Source: Elusimicrobiota bacterium (lineage in GTDB: Bacteria > Elusimicrobiota > Elusimicrobia > UBA1565). Taken from it: 36,784 nt of DNA. This document shows, in pieces, positions 17,301-26,600 of this stretch; the stretch's first letter is position 1; every line of letters begins with the position of its first letter. The notes under the pieces are model-generated. The model was not told the DNA's origin, did not search any database, and saw nothing but the letters and a program-made list of their open reading frames with translations. Both the position numbers and the translations under genes were made by a program. The stretch spans positions 1 through 36,784 of the forward strand of contig JBDRPD010000040.1 of NCBI GenBank assembly GCA_043827405.1, given 5' to 3'.

Positions 17301-20300
17301 CTGCTGCATGCCAAGTTCCTCGAGGGACAGGAAGCGGCGCTGAAGACTATTCAGACTTTGATCAGCGGGGAGCAGGCGGCGCCGGCCGGGACGCCTATTC
17401 CTGCCGCCGCGCCGGCGGTTCCGGCGGCAGTATCCGTGCCGGTTCCCGCCGCCGCGCCCGCCGTCGGCAGCGGCCAAGTCGAAGCCGTCCTGCTCGCCGT
17501 AGTGTCCGAGAAGACCGGCTATCCCGTCGAGATGCTGAACCTCGATATGGGGCTGGACTCCGATCTCGGCATCGATTCAATCAAGCGCGTGGAGATCCTG
17601 TCCTCTTTGCAGGAGAAGCTGCCCGGAGCGCCGACGGTCAAGCCGGACCAGCTGGGCACGCTGCGGACCTTGCGGCAGGTAGTTGATTTTTTGACTTCCG
17701 GTATGAGCGTCGCCGCGCCGCCCGCCGTCGACCGCGGCCGGGTCGAATTCGTCCTGCTCTCCGTGGTGTCCGAGAAGACCGGCTATCCCGCCGAGATGCT
17801 GAACCTCGATATGGGGCTGGACTCCGATTTGGGCATCGATTCAATCAAGCGGGTGGAGATCTTGTCCTCGCTGCAGGAGAAGCTGCCCGGAGCGCCGGCG
17901 GTCAAGCCGGACCAGCTGGGCACGCTGCGGACCTTGCGGCAGGTCGTTGATTTTTTGACTTCCGGTATGAGCGCCGCCGCGCCGGCCGCCGCGGCCGGCG
18001 GTGTCGACTTGGCCGCCGCCGAGAAGGTTCTGCTGGAGGTCGTCGCCGAGAAAACCGGCTATCCGGCGGAGATGCTCAACCTCGATATGGGGCTGGACTC
18101 GGACCTCGGCATTGATTCGATAAAGCGGGTTGAGATTCTTTCAGCCATGCAGGAAAAGCTTCCCGGAGCGCCGGCCGTCAGGCCGGACCAGCTGGGCACG
18201 CTGCGCACGCTGCGTCAGGTGGCCGAGTTCCTGAGCTCGGGAGCGCCCGCATCCGCTCCGCCGCCGGCGCCGACGGCCGAAAAAGGACGTGCGCCCGCGC
18301 GGCCCGATCGGCCGCTGCTCCGGCAGATACTGCAGGTCGTTGAGGCGGAATCCGAGCGCCCCGAATTGACGCTCGCCGCCGGCGCGGAGATTTGGCTGAC
18401 CGAAGACGGGTCGGAGCTGTCGCGCCGTGTCGGGGAGAATCTTTCCGCGCGCGGTTTTGCGGTCAAGCTGCTGGCGCGCGCCGATTGGAGCTCGGTTTCC
18501 TTCCCCGAGCGGCTCGGCGGGCTGGTGATTGTCGCGCCATGCGGCGCGGGCGATGATTTCGTCAAGGATTCGCTGTTCCTGCTGCAGCAGGCCGGCCCCG
18601 CGCTGCGCGCGGCGGGCAAGAGCGGTACGGCCCTGTTCGCCGCCGTTACGCGTTTTGACGGCGCCTGCGGCCTGCGGGAGATGCCCGGGGATGCGGACTT
18701 CGCGGCCGGCGCACTAGCCGGCCTGGCCAAGACCGCCGGACGGGAATGGCCGGAAGTCGTGTGCCGCGTGCTCGACGTTGATCGGAATTTTACGGACGCC
18801 GCCGACGCGGCGCGTCAGCTGGCCGGCGAACTGCTGCTCACCGGGCCGGCCGAAGTAGGAATATCACCGGCCGGCAGGACCGCGCTGCGGCTCGAGCGGG
18901 CCAAGCTGGCCGCGGGCAAGCATATCCCGTTGTCGCCCGATGACGTGGTGCTGGTGACCGGCGGCGCGCGGGGCGTGACGGCGGAGACGGCCTGCGCTCT
19001 GGCCAAGGCTTTCAAGCCGACGCTGGTGCTGCTTGGACGCAGCGGCGCGCCGACGCCGGAGCCCGACTGGCTGGCGGGGCTGGAGAGCGAGGGAGATATC
19101 AAGAAAACGCTGTTGAGCCGAGCGGGAAGCAAGCTCGCCCCGAAAGAGCTGGAGGAGCGCTATCGCGATCTCGCGTCCAACCGGGAGATGCTGCGCAACA
19201 TCGCCCGCATGGAACGTTCCGGCGCGACCGTGCTCTACCGTTCGCTTGATGTGCGCGATCCTGACGCCGTGCGTGCGCTGGTCAAGGAGCTGGAAGGCGG
19301 TGAAGGCCGGGTGCGCGGCCTGATCCACGGCGCCGGCGTTCTGGCGGACCGCAGCATCGAGGACAAAACCGAAGAGCAGTTCGTCCGGGTTTACGGGACC
19401 AAGATCGCCGGCCTGCGCGCGCTGTGGCGGGCGCTGGATCCCGGAGCGCTCAAAATCCTCGTCCTGTTCTCCTCGACGACGGCGCGCCTGGGCCGCAGCG
19501 GCCAAGTCGATTATGCGATGGCCAACGAAGCGCTCAACGTCTTCGCGCGCCGGGAAGCCCGCCGTCTGCCGGGCTGCCGGGTGCTGTCGGTCAACTGGGG
19601 CCCGTGGGAGGGCGGCATGGTCACGCCGTCTTTGCGCAAGGTGTTTGCACAGGAAGGCGTGGGCCTGATCCCGCTCGATAAAGGCGCTGATTATCTGATC
19701 GCTGAGCTGCGCGCGGGTTCGGGTCCGACCGAGACCGTAATTTTGGGCGACGGCCCGGCCGCCGCCGGTTCCGGCAAGGAGCAGCCGGAGCCGCCGCTGA
19801 CGGTGGTTTTTGAGCGCCTGCTCGATGTCGCCGGTCACCCGTTCTTGAAGTCGCACGTGATCGACGGCCGCGCGGTTCTCCCGATGGCCTTGATCGTCGA
19901 ATGGCTCGCGCACGGCGCCCTGCACGGCAACCCCGGACGGGTTTTCCACGGCTTCGAGGAGCTGCGCATAATCAAGGGCGTACGCCTGGCTTGCGGAGAG
20001 AAGGTCAATATCCGCGTGCTGGCGGGCAAAGCCGCGCGCGCGGACGGCGTATACCGCGTCCCGGTCGAGCTGCGAAGCGTGCCTGCGGCGCCGGGCGCCG
20101 ACGTGGTGCACGCGCGCGGGAGCATCATCCTGGGCGACCGGCCGCTGAAAGCGGAGCCCCCGATGCTCGAGATCCGGCCGCAGAAGTTTCCCGGCCCGAC
20201 GCGCCGCGTTTACGACGACTACCTCTTCCATGGCGAGGATCTCCGGGGCATCCGCGAGATCGAGGGCTGCTCGCCGGAGGGCATCGTCTCGAGCGCGGCG

Positions 20301-20666
20301 ACGGCGCCCGCGCCCGCGCGCTGGATCAAAAAGCCGCTGCGCGGCGGGTGGATCGCCGATCCGCTCGCGCTCGACGCCGCCTTCCAGCTGATGATCGTCT
20401 GGAGCTTCGAGAAGCACGGAGCGGGGTCGCTGCCGTGCTACGCCGGCCGCTACCGCCAGTTCCGCTCGTTCCCGGCCGACGGCGTCCGCATCGTCATCCA
20501 GGTGACGAAAAACGGCAACTACCGGGCGCTGGCCGATATCGAGTTCATCGGCACGGACGGCAAGCTTGTCGCGCGTCTCGAGGGCTACGAGTGCGTGGTT
20601 GATGAGTCGCTCAATGAGGCGTTCAAGCGCCGCGCCCTCTCGGTGGCGGCGGCCGAGCCGGCCTAG
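14322..20666 (+). CDS. pfaA: PfaA-like iterative type I PUFA synthase subunit (KS-MAT-ACPx3-KR-PKS-type DH)
   Basis: KS: DAACASS / EAHGTGT / GHTKAA and WQENSFPGLLGNVVAGRIANR. MAT: GHSYG / AAFHS. Three ACPs: DLGIDSIKRVEIL. KR: TGGARGVT / DYAMAN. DH: HPFLKSHVIDGRAVLP. GTG start overlaps the pfaD TGA. Confidence 0.93.
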   Translation: MKKEKTAQPLAIIGIACRFPKADDLEAYWKNIKNGVDAIVDIPATHWNPEEYFNADPKKPDMTYGRRGGFLSPADFNPMEFGMAPRDIEATDTSQLLGMMAAQDALKDAGYGPQRDFDHGRTSVILGVTGALELVIPLGARLGHPLWRKAMREAGIEEAAVEDAVGRIADSYVGWQENSFPGLLGNVVAGRIANRLDLHGTNCVVDAACASSLSAIHLAGLELESGRSDMVVTGGVDTFNDIFMFTCFSKTPALSPTGDCRSFDASGDGTILGEGLGMVVLKRLADAQRDGDRIHAVIKGVGSSSDGKGAAIYEPSARGQSRALKNAYRLSGVSPDTVELVEAHGTGTKVGDATEVSALTEVYREYRREGTWCALGSVKSMIGHTKAASGSAGLIKAVLALKNKTLPPTLKVTNPNEKVAPRSTPFYVNTCKRPWLPRAEHPRRAALSALGFGGSNFHCVVEEYDAKKAAADWDGDAQIVAFSGRDAAGIDAALGAFPADLPWPQLRARAAESRADFAPQAPCRLLAVLEKDGDAGALLAQARMLLKKDPSAKSWSAPNGIYFGSGDAPGGLGLLFSGQGSQYTGMLRDLACQFPRMLDTLAEANDAVDCGGAERLSDLIYPPPTFNDEDKARDDKALRATQVAQPAIGAVSLGALRVLEDFAVCPQAAAGHSYGELSALCAAGRFDASTLFKLSELRGRLMGEGKGDLGSMLAVQAPIDQVEAAVEKGGFDLVLANKNAPSQVVLSGATGEIERAEKSLAEQGLRCKRLPVAAAFHSKLVAGAREPFAQALKDVAFKKSAFPVFANTSAEAYPDSAAKSRLLLAGQLACPVEFVREIENLYASGVRTFLEVGPGARLTGLVKAILEGKEFAAAAVDASGGKRSGIADLARALAQLAARGHAVALGRWDEGFALPERNAGGKAAFTVPLSAANYRAPRKAKPPTSRPRPAAAQPASAAPLTFVSAPAAAPAQGALLRTQEHLIALQRIQEQTALLHAKFLEGQEAALKTIQTLISGEQAAPAGTPIPAAAPAVPAAVSVPVPAAAPAVGSGQVEAVLLAVVSEKTGYPVEMLNLDMGLDSDLGIDSIKRVEILSSLQEKLPGAPTVKPDQLGTLRTLRQVVDFLTSGMSVAAPPAVDRGRVEFVLLSVVSEKTGYPAEMLNLDMGLDSDLGIDSIKRVEILSSLQEKLPGAPAVKPDQLGTLRTLRQVVDFLTSGMSAAAPAAAAGGVDLAAAEKVLLEVVAEKTGYPAEMLNLDMGLDSDLGIDSIKRVEILSAMQEKLPGAPAVRPDQLGTLRTLRQVAEFLSSGAPASAPPPAPTAEKGRAPARPDRPLLRQILQVVEAESERPELTLAAGAEIWLTEDGSELSRRVGENLSARGFAVKLLARADWSSVSFPERLGGLVIVAPCGAGDDFVKDSLFLLQQAGPALRAAGKSGTALFAAVTRFDGACGLREMPGDADFAAGALAGLAKTAGREWPEVVCRVLDVDRNFTDAADAARQLAGELLLTGPAEVGISPAGRTALRLERAKLAAGKHIPLSPDDVVLVTGGARGVTAETACALAKAFKPTLVLLGRSGAPTPEPDWLAGLESEGDIKKTLLSRAGSKLAPKELEERYRDLASNREMLRNIARMERSGATVLYRSLDVRDPDAVRALVKELEGGEGRVRGLIHGAGVLADRSIEDKTEEQFVRVYGTKIAGLRALWRALDPGALKILVLFSSTTARLGRSGQVDYAMANEALNVFARREARRLPGCRVLSVNWGPWEGGMVTPSLRKVFAQEGVGLIPLDKGADYLIAELRAGSGPTETVILGDGPAAAGSGKEQPEPPLTVVFERLLDVAGHPFLKSHVIDGRAVLPMALIVEWLAHGALHGNPGRVFHGFEELRIIKGVRLACGEKVNIRVLAGKAARADGVYRVPVELRSVPAAPGADVVHARGSIILGDRPLKAEPPMLEIRPQKFPGPTRRVYDDYLFHGEDLRGIREIEGCSPEGIVSSAATAPAPARWIKKPLRGGWIADPLALDAAFQLMIVWSFEKHGAGSLPCYAGRYRQFRSFPADGVRIVIQVTKNGNYRALADIEFIGTDGKLVARLEGYECVVDESLNEAFKRRALSVAAAEPA
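17505..18235 (+). repeat. Three tandem ACP-domain DNA repeats (units start at about 17505, 17769 and 18045)
   Basis: Repeated (t/g)ccgagaa(g/a)accggctatcc...ctcgatatggggctggactc...ccggaccagctgggcacgctgcg, at spacings of 264 and 276 bp. Confidence 0.95.
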
Positions 20667-20675
20667 TACAAGGTT

Positions 20676-23600
20676 ATGAAGTTCGAGCAGCCGATCGCGA
20701 TCGTGGGCTTGGGGGGGATATTCCCTTGCGCGCTTACGCTCGACGCCTTCTGGGAGATGATCGCCGCGGGACGCGACGCGGTGCGCGAGGTGCCGCGGGG
20801 ACGCTGGCCGCTGCCGGCCGCGACGGTCTACGATCCCGAGATCGCCGCTCCGGATAAAGTCAACTCCACGCGCGGCTGCTTTATCGAAGACTTCGAGTTG
20901 GACCGCGACGGGCTCGCTCTCGACTCGAAGTTCCTGGACGTTTTGGACCCGATGTTCCATATCGGTCTGCACGCGGCGCGTGAAGCGCTGCGCGGCGACG
21001 CGCTCAAAGAGATCGACCGCCGCCGCGTCGGCGTCGTTCTCGGCAACATCGCGCTGCCTTCCGAGCGCTCTTCGCGCATGGCCGTCGATCTGCTGGGGCG
21101 CACCTTCGAAGAAAAGCTGCTCGGCCGGCGGTCGGAAGACCCGGAGACCGCCAACGGCGCCCACCGCATCCCCCGGTCAGCGGCTTCCAAGGTCGCTTCG
21201 ATAAACCGCTACGTGGCCGGTCTGCCCGCGGGCGTCATCGCCAAGGCGCTGGGGCTCGGCGGCGGATGCTTTACCCTGGATGCGGCCTGCGCCTCTTCGC
21301 TCTATGCTTTGAAGCTCGCCTGCGACGAACTGCTGGCCGGCCGGGCGGACGCCATGCTCAGCGGCGGCATGTCGCGGCCGGACTGCTTTTATACCCAGAT
21401 GGGCTTTTCGCAGCTGCGCGCCGTCTCGCCGAGCGGGCTGTGCTCGCCGTTCGATGCGCGCGGCGACGGTCTCGTGGTCGGCGAAGGCGCCGGCATGTTT
21501 TTGCTCAAGCGTCACGCGGACGCCGTGCGCGACGGCGACGAGATCCACGCCCTGATCCGCGGCGTGGGGTTGTCCAACGACGTCGAAGGCAACCTGCTGG
21601 CGCCCAGCTCCGAAGGACAGCTGCGGGCGATGCGCCAGGCTTACCAGGAAGCGGAATGGGATCCGCGCAGCCTGGACCTGATCGAGTGCCATGCGACCGG
21701 GACGCTGGTGGGCGATGCCGTCGAATTCGCCAGCCTGAGCCGGCTGTGGGGAGAGCGGGCGCCCGGTCCGGAAAAGTGCGTGCTCGGTTCGGTAAAGTCC
21801 AACGTCGGACACCTGCTCACCGGGGCGGGAGCGGCCGGCCTGATGAAGGTTCTGCTGGCGCTCCGGCACAAGGTCCTGCCGCCGACCGCGAACTTCTCGC
21901 GCCAGGGGTCCAAGATCGACCTCGACCACAGCCCCTTCGAGGTGCTGCGGCAGGCTCGGGACTGGAACCCCCGCGCGGAGGGGAAGCTCCGGCGCGCGGC
22001 GGTGAGCGGTTTTGGTTTCGGCGGCATCAACGCGCATGTCCTTATCGAAGAGGCACCCGTCGCGGAGGGCCTGCCGGTAGCGGCCCGGGATACCGTCCGC
22101 TGGCTGGCGGATAAGGTCGCCCCCAAGATCCATATCGGCGGCGAGGCGCCGCCTCCGCCGCCGGCGAATCCCGTTCCCGTCGCGGTGGTCGGCATGGGCG
22201 CGCGCTTCGGACCCTGGAAAAACCTGCGCGCGGTGCAGGAGCGCATGCTCGGCGGCGGCGAAAAGCACCTGCCGCGCCTGCCGCGCTGGTGGGGGGCGGA
22301 GAACTCCGCCTGGTTTAAGGCGCGCGGGTTGAACCGCGAGGCCTTCCGCGGCTACTATATCGACTCCATCGACGCTCCGCTGGGGCGCTTTCGCATCCCG
22401 CCCAACGAGCTCAAGGAGATGCTGCCGCAGCAGTTGCTGATGCTGCTGACGGCCGATGAGGCGCTGCGCGACGCGGGGTGGAAGAAGGAGCAGCGCCTCG
22501 ATGCGGGAGCGTTCATCGGCATCGGCCTTGATCTCAACACCACCAACTTCCATTTCCGCTGGATGATTCAGGACAAGGCGCCCGAATGGTCGCGCCGTCT
22601 CGGCGGCGGGCCGCAGGGCGAAGCGCTCGAGGAATGGATCAAGGTTTTGCGGGATGCCGCCGCTCCGGCGCTGACGGCCAACCGCACCATGGGCGCTCTG
22701 GGCGGCATCGTCGCCAGCCGGCTGGCCCGCGAGTTCCGCTTCGGCGGTTCCTGCTTTACCGTTCAGAGCGAGGAGAGCTCCGGGCTGCGCGCGCTCGAAA
22801 CGGCGGTGCGCGCGCTGCAGAACGGAGACCTCAACGCCGCGCTGGTCGGGGCGGTGGATTTGGCGGGAGATCTGCGTTCCATGATCGGGACGCATAGCGG
22901 GCGGCCGTATTCTCCGACGGGAAGCGTCCGTCCTTTTGACGCGGAAGCCGACGGGACCATGGGCGGCGAGGGCGCGGCGGCCGTGGTGCTCAAGCGTCTC
23001 GACGACGCGATCCGCGACGGCGACCGCATCTACAGCGTCATCAACGGCGTGGGCTCGGCGTCCGAGGGCGGCGCCGACGGGATGATCCCCGAGAAGGGTG
23101 CCTATACCGCAGCGGCGGCGCGGGCCTATGCGGAAGCCGGCGTCGAGCGGGCGGCGATCGGCTATGTCGGCGCGCACGGCAGCGGTTCTCCGGCCGAGGA
23201 TCGCATGGAAGCCGCCGCGCTCGCGGAAGTCTTCGGCGCGCAAGGCCGCTGCGTCCTGGGCAGCGCCAAGGCCGATGTCGGCCATACCGGCGCCGCTTCC
23301 GGGCTGGCGTCTTTCGTTAAGGCGTCGCTGTGCCTGTATCAGGAAATTCTGCCGCCGCTGCGCGGCCACCGCCATGCGATCGAAGAGCTGCGAACCGGCG
23401 TCCGCATGCGCCGCCCGGCGACCCCCCGGTACTGGCTGCGCGACCGCGTCGACGGCCCGCGCCGCGCCGGCGTCAGCGCCTTCAGCGTGGACGGGAACTG
23501 CGTGCATGTCGTTCTCGCCGCCCATGAGCGCGCCGCTGATGAGCGCGGCGCCGACAAGCTGCGGCCGCTGGGCGACCGGGAAGAGGCGCTGTTTATCGCT

Positions 23601-26600
23601 GGCGGGGCCGATGCCGGAGAGATTCGCGGCCGTCTGGCCCGGCTGAAGGCGCTGGCGCGCCGGCATGAAGGCTGCGGCATCGAGGCGCTCGCCCGCCGCT
23701 GGCATGACGGCGGAGAAGACGCGGGCGCGCGCGCCTGTGCGATCGTGGCGCGTGAGACGGGAGAGCTGCTGCGGCTCAGCTCCGGGGCCGAGCGCGCCCT
23801 GGCGGAGACTCCTGATCGCCCGATTGAAGAAGCGCGCGTCTACTACCGGCCCGCGCCGCTCGGCCCCGAAGCGCGTACGGCTTTTCTGTTCCCGGGCTCC
23901 GGCAATCACTTTCCCGATATGGGCCGCGCGCTGTCGGCGCACTGGCCCGCGGCCCTGCGCCGGCAGGACGAAGAGAACGAGCGCCTGCGCAGCCAGTATG
24001 TGCCGGATATTTTCTGGGAAGAAGGGGCGGATATCCGCCGCGATACCAAGGCGCTGATCTTCGGCCAGGTGTCGCTGGGGACTTTTGTCAGCGACATCGT
24101 CCGCGGGCTGGGCGTACGGCCCGACGCGGCGATCGGCTACAGCTTGGGGGAATCCGCGGCGTTGTTCGCCCTGCGCGTGTGGCGTGACCGCGACGAGATG
24201 CTGCGCCGGATGGACGAGTCCACTTTGTTTACTACCGACCTGGCGGGCCCCTGCGACGCGGCGCGGCGCCGGTGGAAGCTTCCCAACGGCGTGCCGGTCG
24301 ACTGGAGCATCGGCGTGCTGGACATCCCCGCGGCGCGCGTGCGCCGGGCGCTCGAGAACCGGCAGCGGGTCTACCTGCTGATCGTGAACACGCCGCAGGA
24401 GTGCGTCATCGGCGGCGACCGCTCCGAGGTCAAGGAGGTCGTCAGCGAGCTCGGCGGACGCTTTATCGAGCTCGACGGCGTCACCACGGTCCACTGCGAG
24501 GCGGCTGAGCCGGTCCGCGAAGCGTATCTGCAACTGCATCTGTTCAAAACCAAGCCGCCCGAGGGCGTGCGCTTCTACAGCGGCTGCTGGGGCAGCGACT
24601 ACGACGTAACACCCCGGCGCGCCGCGGAGTCCGTGCTCGAGCAGGCGCTTTACGGCGTGGACTACCCGAAGGTGATCGAAGCGGCGTATCGCGACGGCGT
24701 GCGCGTTTTCCTGGAGCTGGGACCGGGAGCGTCGTGCACCCGCATGGTCGGGCGCATCCTTGACGGCCGCCCGCATTTGGCGGCCGCGGCCTGCTCGGTG
24801 GAGGAACCGGGGCCGACCGCGATTCTGAAGATGCTCGGGCGGCTCGCGGCCGACCGCATCGCTTTCGATCTCGGCGCGCTGTACGGAGCCGGACATCCGC
24901 CGGCCGCGCAGGATATGCAGCCGGCGGTGACCTTGCAGGTCGGCGGGGACAGCTTCGATATCCCGTCGCCGCCCAAGCCCCGCCGGACTTCGCCCCGCGT
25001 TTCCGTTCCTGTTCCCGCACTTGTGCGGCCGGCCGTGCCTGCCGCGGCCGCGGCGCCCCTTTCCGCGGCGCGGCCGGCGGCGGAGGTCCGAGATCCGTTT
25101 CTGGCGCGGATGCACGCCGCGGATGCGGCCAAGACCCGGGCCCATGAGACTTTTTTGCGCATCTCGGCCGGGGTGACCGCGGCCATGGCGCAGGCCATCG
25201 CGTTTCAGCAGCGCTTGGGCGGCGGGGAAGTTTTGCCCGCTCCGCCCGCCGTGCCGCCCGTATTTTTGGACCGCGAGCAGTGCCTGGAATTCGCCGTCGG
25301 CCGCATCGGTGCGGCCTTGGGCCCGCGGTTCGCGCCGGTGGACGCCCATCCGACCCGGGTGCGCCTGCCGGACGAGCCCTTGATGCTGGTCGACCGCATC
25401 CTGGAGGTGGAAGGCGGGCCCTGCGCCATGACCTCCGGGCGCGTCGTCACCGAGCACGACGTCCATGACGGCGCCTGGTACCTCGACGGCGGCCGCATCC
25501 CCACCTGCATCGCGGTGGAGGCGGGACAGGCCGATCTGTTTTTGTCCGGCTATCTCGGAATTGATTTCCAGACCAAGGGCCTCGCGGTATACCGCCTGCT
25601 CGATGCGGTGGTGACGTTTCACCGCGGACTGCCGCGGCCGGGAGAGACGATCCGCTACGACATCCGCATCGAGCGCTTCTTCCGGCAGGGCGAAACCCAT
25701 CTGTTCAAGTTCAGCTTCGACGGCACCGTCGACGGGGAGCCGCTGCTGACGATGCGCGACGGCTGCGCCGGATTCTTTACCGCGGCGGAGCTCGCGGCCG
25801 GCAAAGGCATCGTGCATACCGAGCTCGATCGCCGCCGGCTCCCCGGCAAAAAGCCCGCGGACTGGACGGACCTCGTCGCGCTGAGCGAAGAAAGCTATGA
25901 CCGCGATAAGATCGACGCGCTGCGCGGCGGCGATCTCGCCGCCTGCTTCGGACCGGAGTTCGCCGGGCTGGAACTGCGCGACCCCGAGACTCTTCCCGGC
26001 GCCGCCGGCGCGCGGATGCGGCTGATCGACCGGGTGCTTGCGCTCGAGCCCGGCGGCGGCCGCTACGGCCTGGGCAAGATCACCGCGGAAGCGGACATCC
26101 GCCCCGACGACTGGTTTTTGACCTGCCATTTCGTCGACGACAAGGTGATGCCCGGGACGCTGATGTATGAATGCTGCCTGCATACTCTGCGCGTCTACTT
26201 GCTGCGCCTGGGCTGGATCGGAGAACAGGGGCGCTGCGTGCATGAGCCGGTTCCGGGAGTTTCCAGCCGGCTGAAATGCCGCGGCCAGGTCATCGAGTCG
26301 ACTAAAATCGCGGCCTACGAGATCACGCTCAAGGAGCTCGGCTACACGGAGGACGGCACGCCCTTCGCCGTCGCCGACGCGCTGATGTACGCGGACGGCA
26401 AAGCGGTGGTGGAAATTACCGATATGTCGGTGCGCCTGACCGGGCTGACGAAAGACGGCCTGCGGTCGCTGTGGAATCGGCGGCCGGCGGCGCCGGCTGC
26501 CGCGGCGGAAGAAAAGAAACCGGTCTACGACAACGCGAGCATACTCGCTTTTGCGGTCGGCAAGCCCTCCGAGGCTTTCGGGAAGCCGTACCGCGTATTC

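Noticed and set aside
17505..18235. Repeats as a possible CRISPR array or mobile element
   Set aside because: They are in-frame ACP domains with no repeat-spacer structure and no cas genes.
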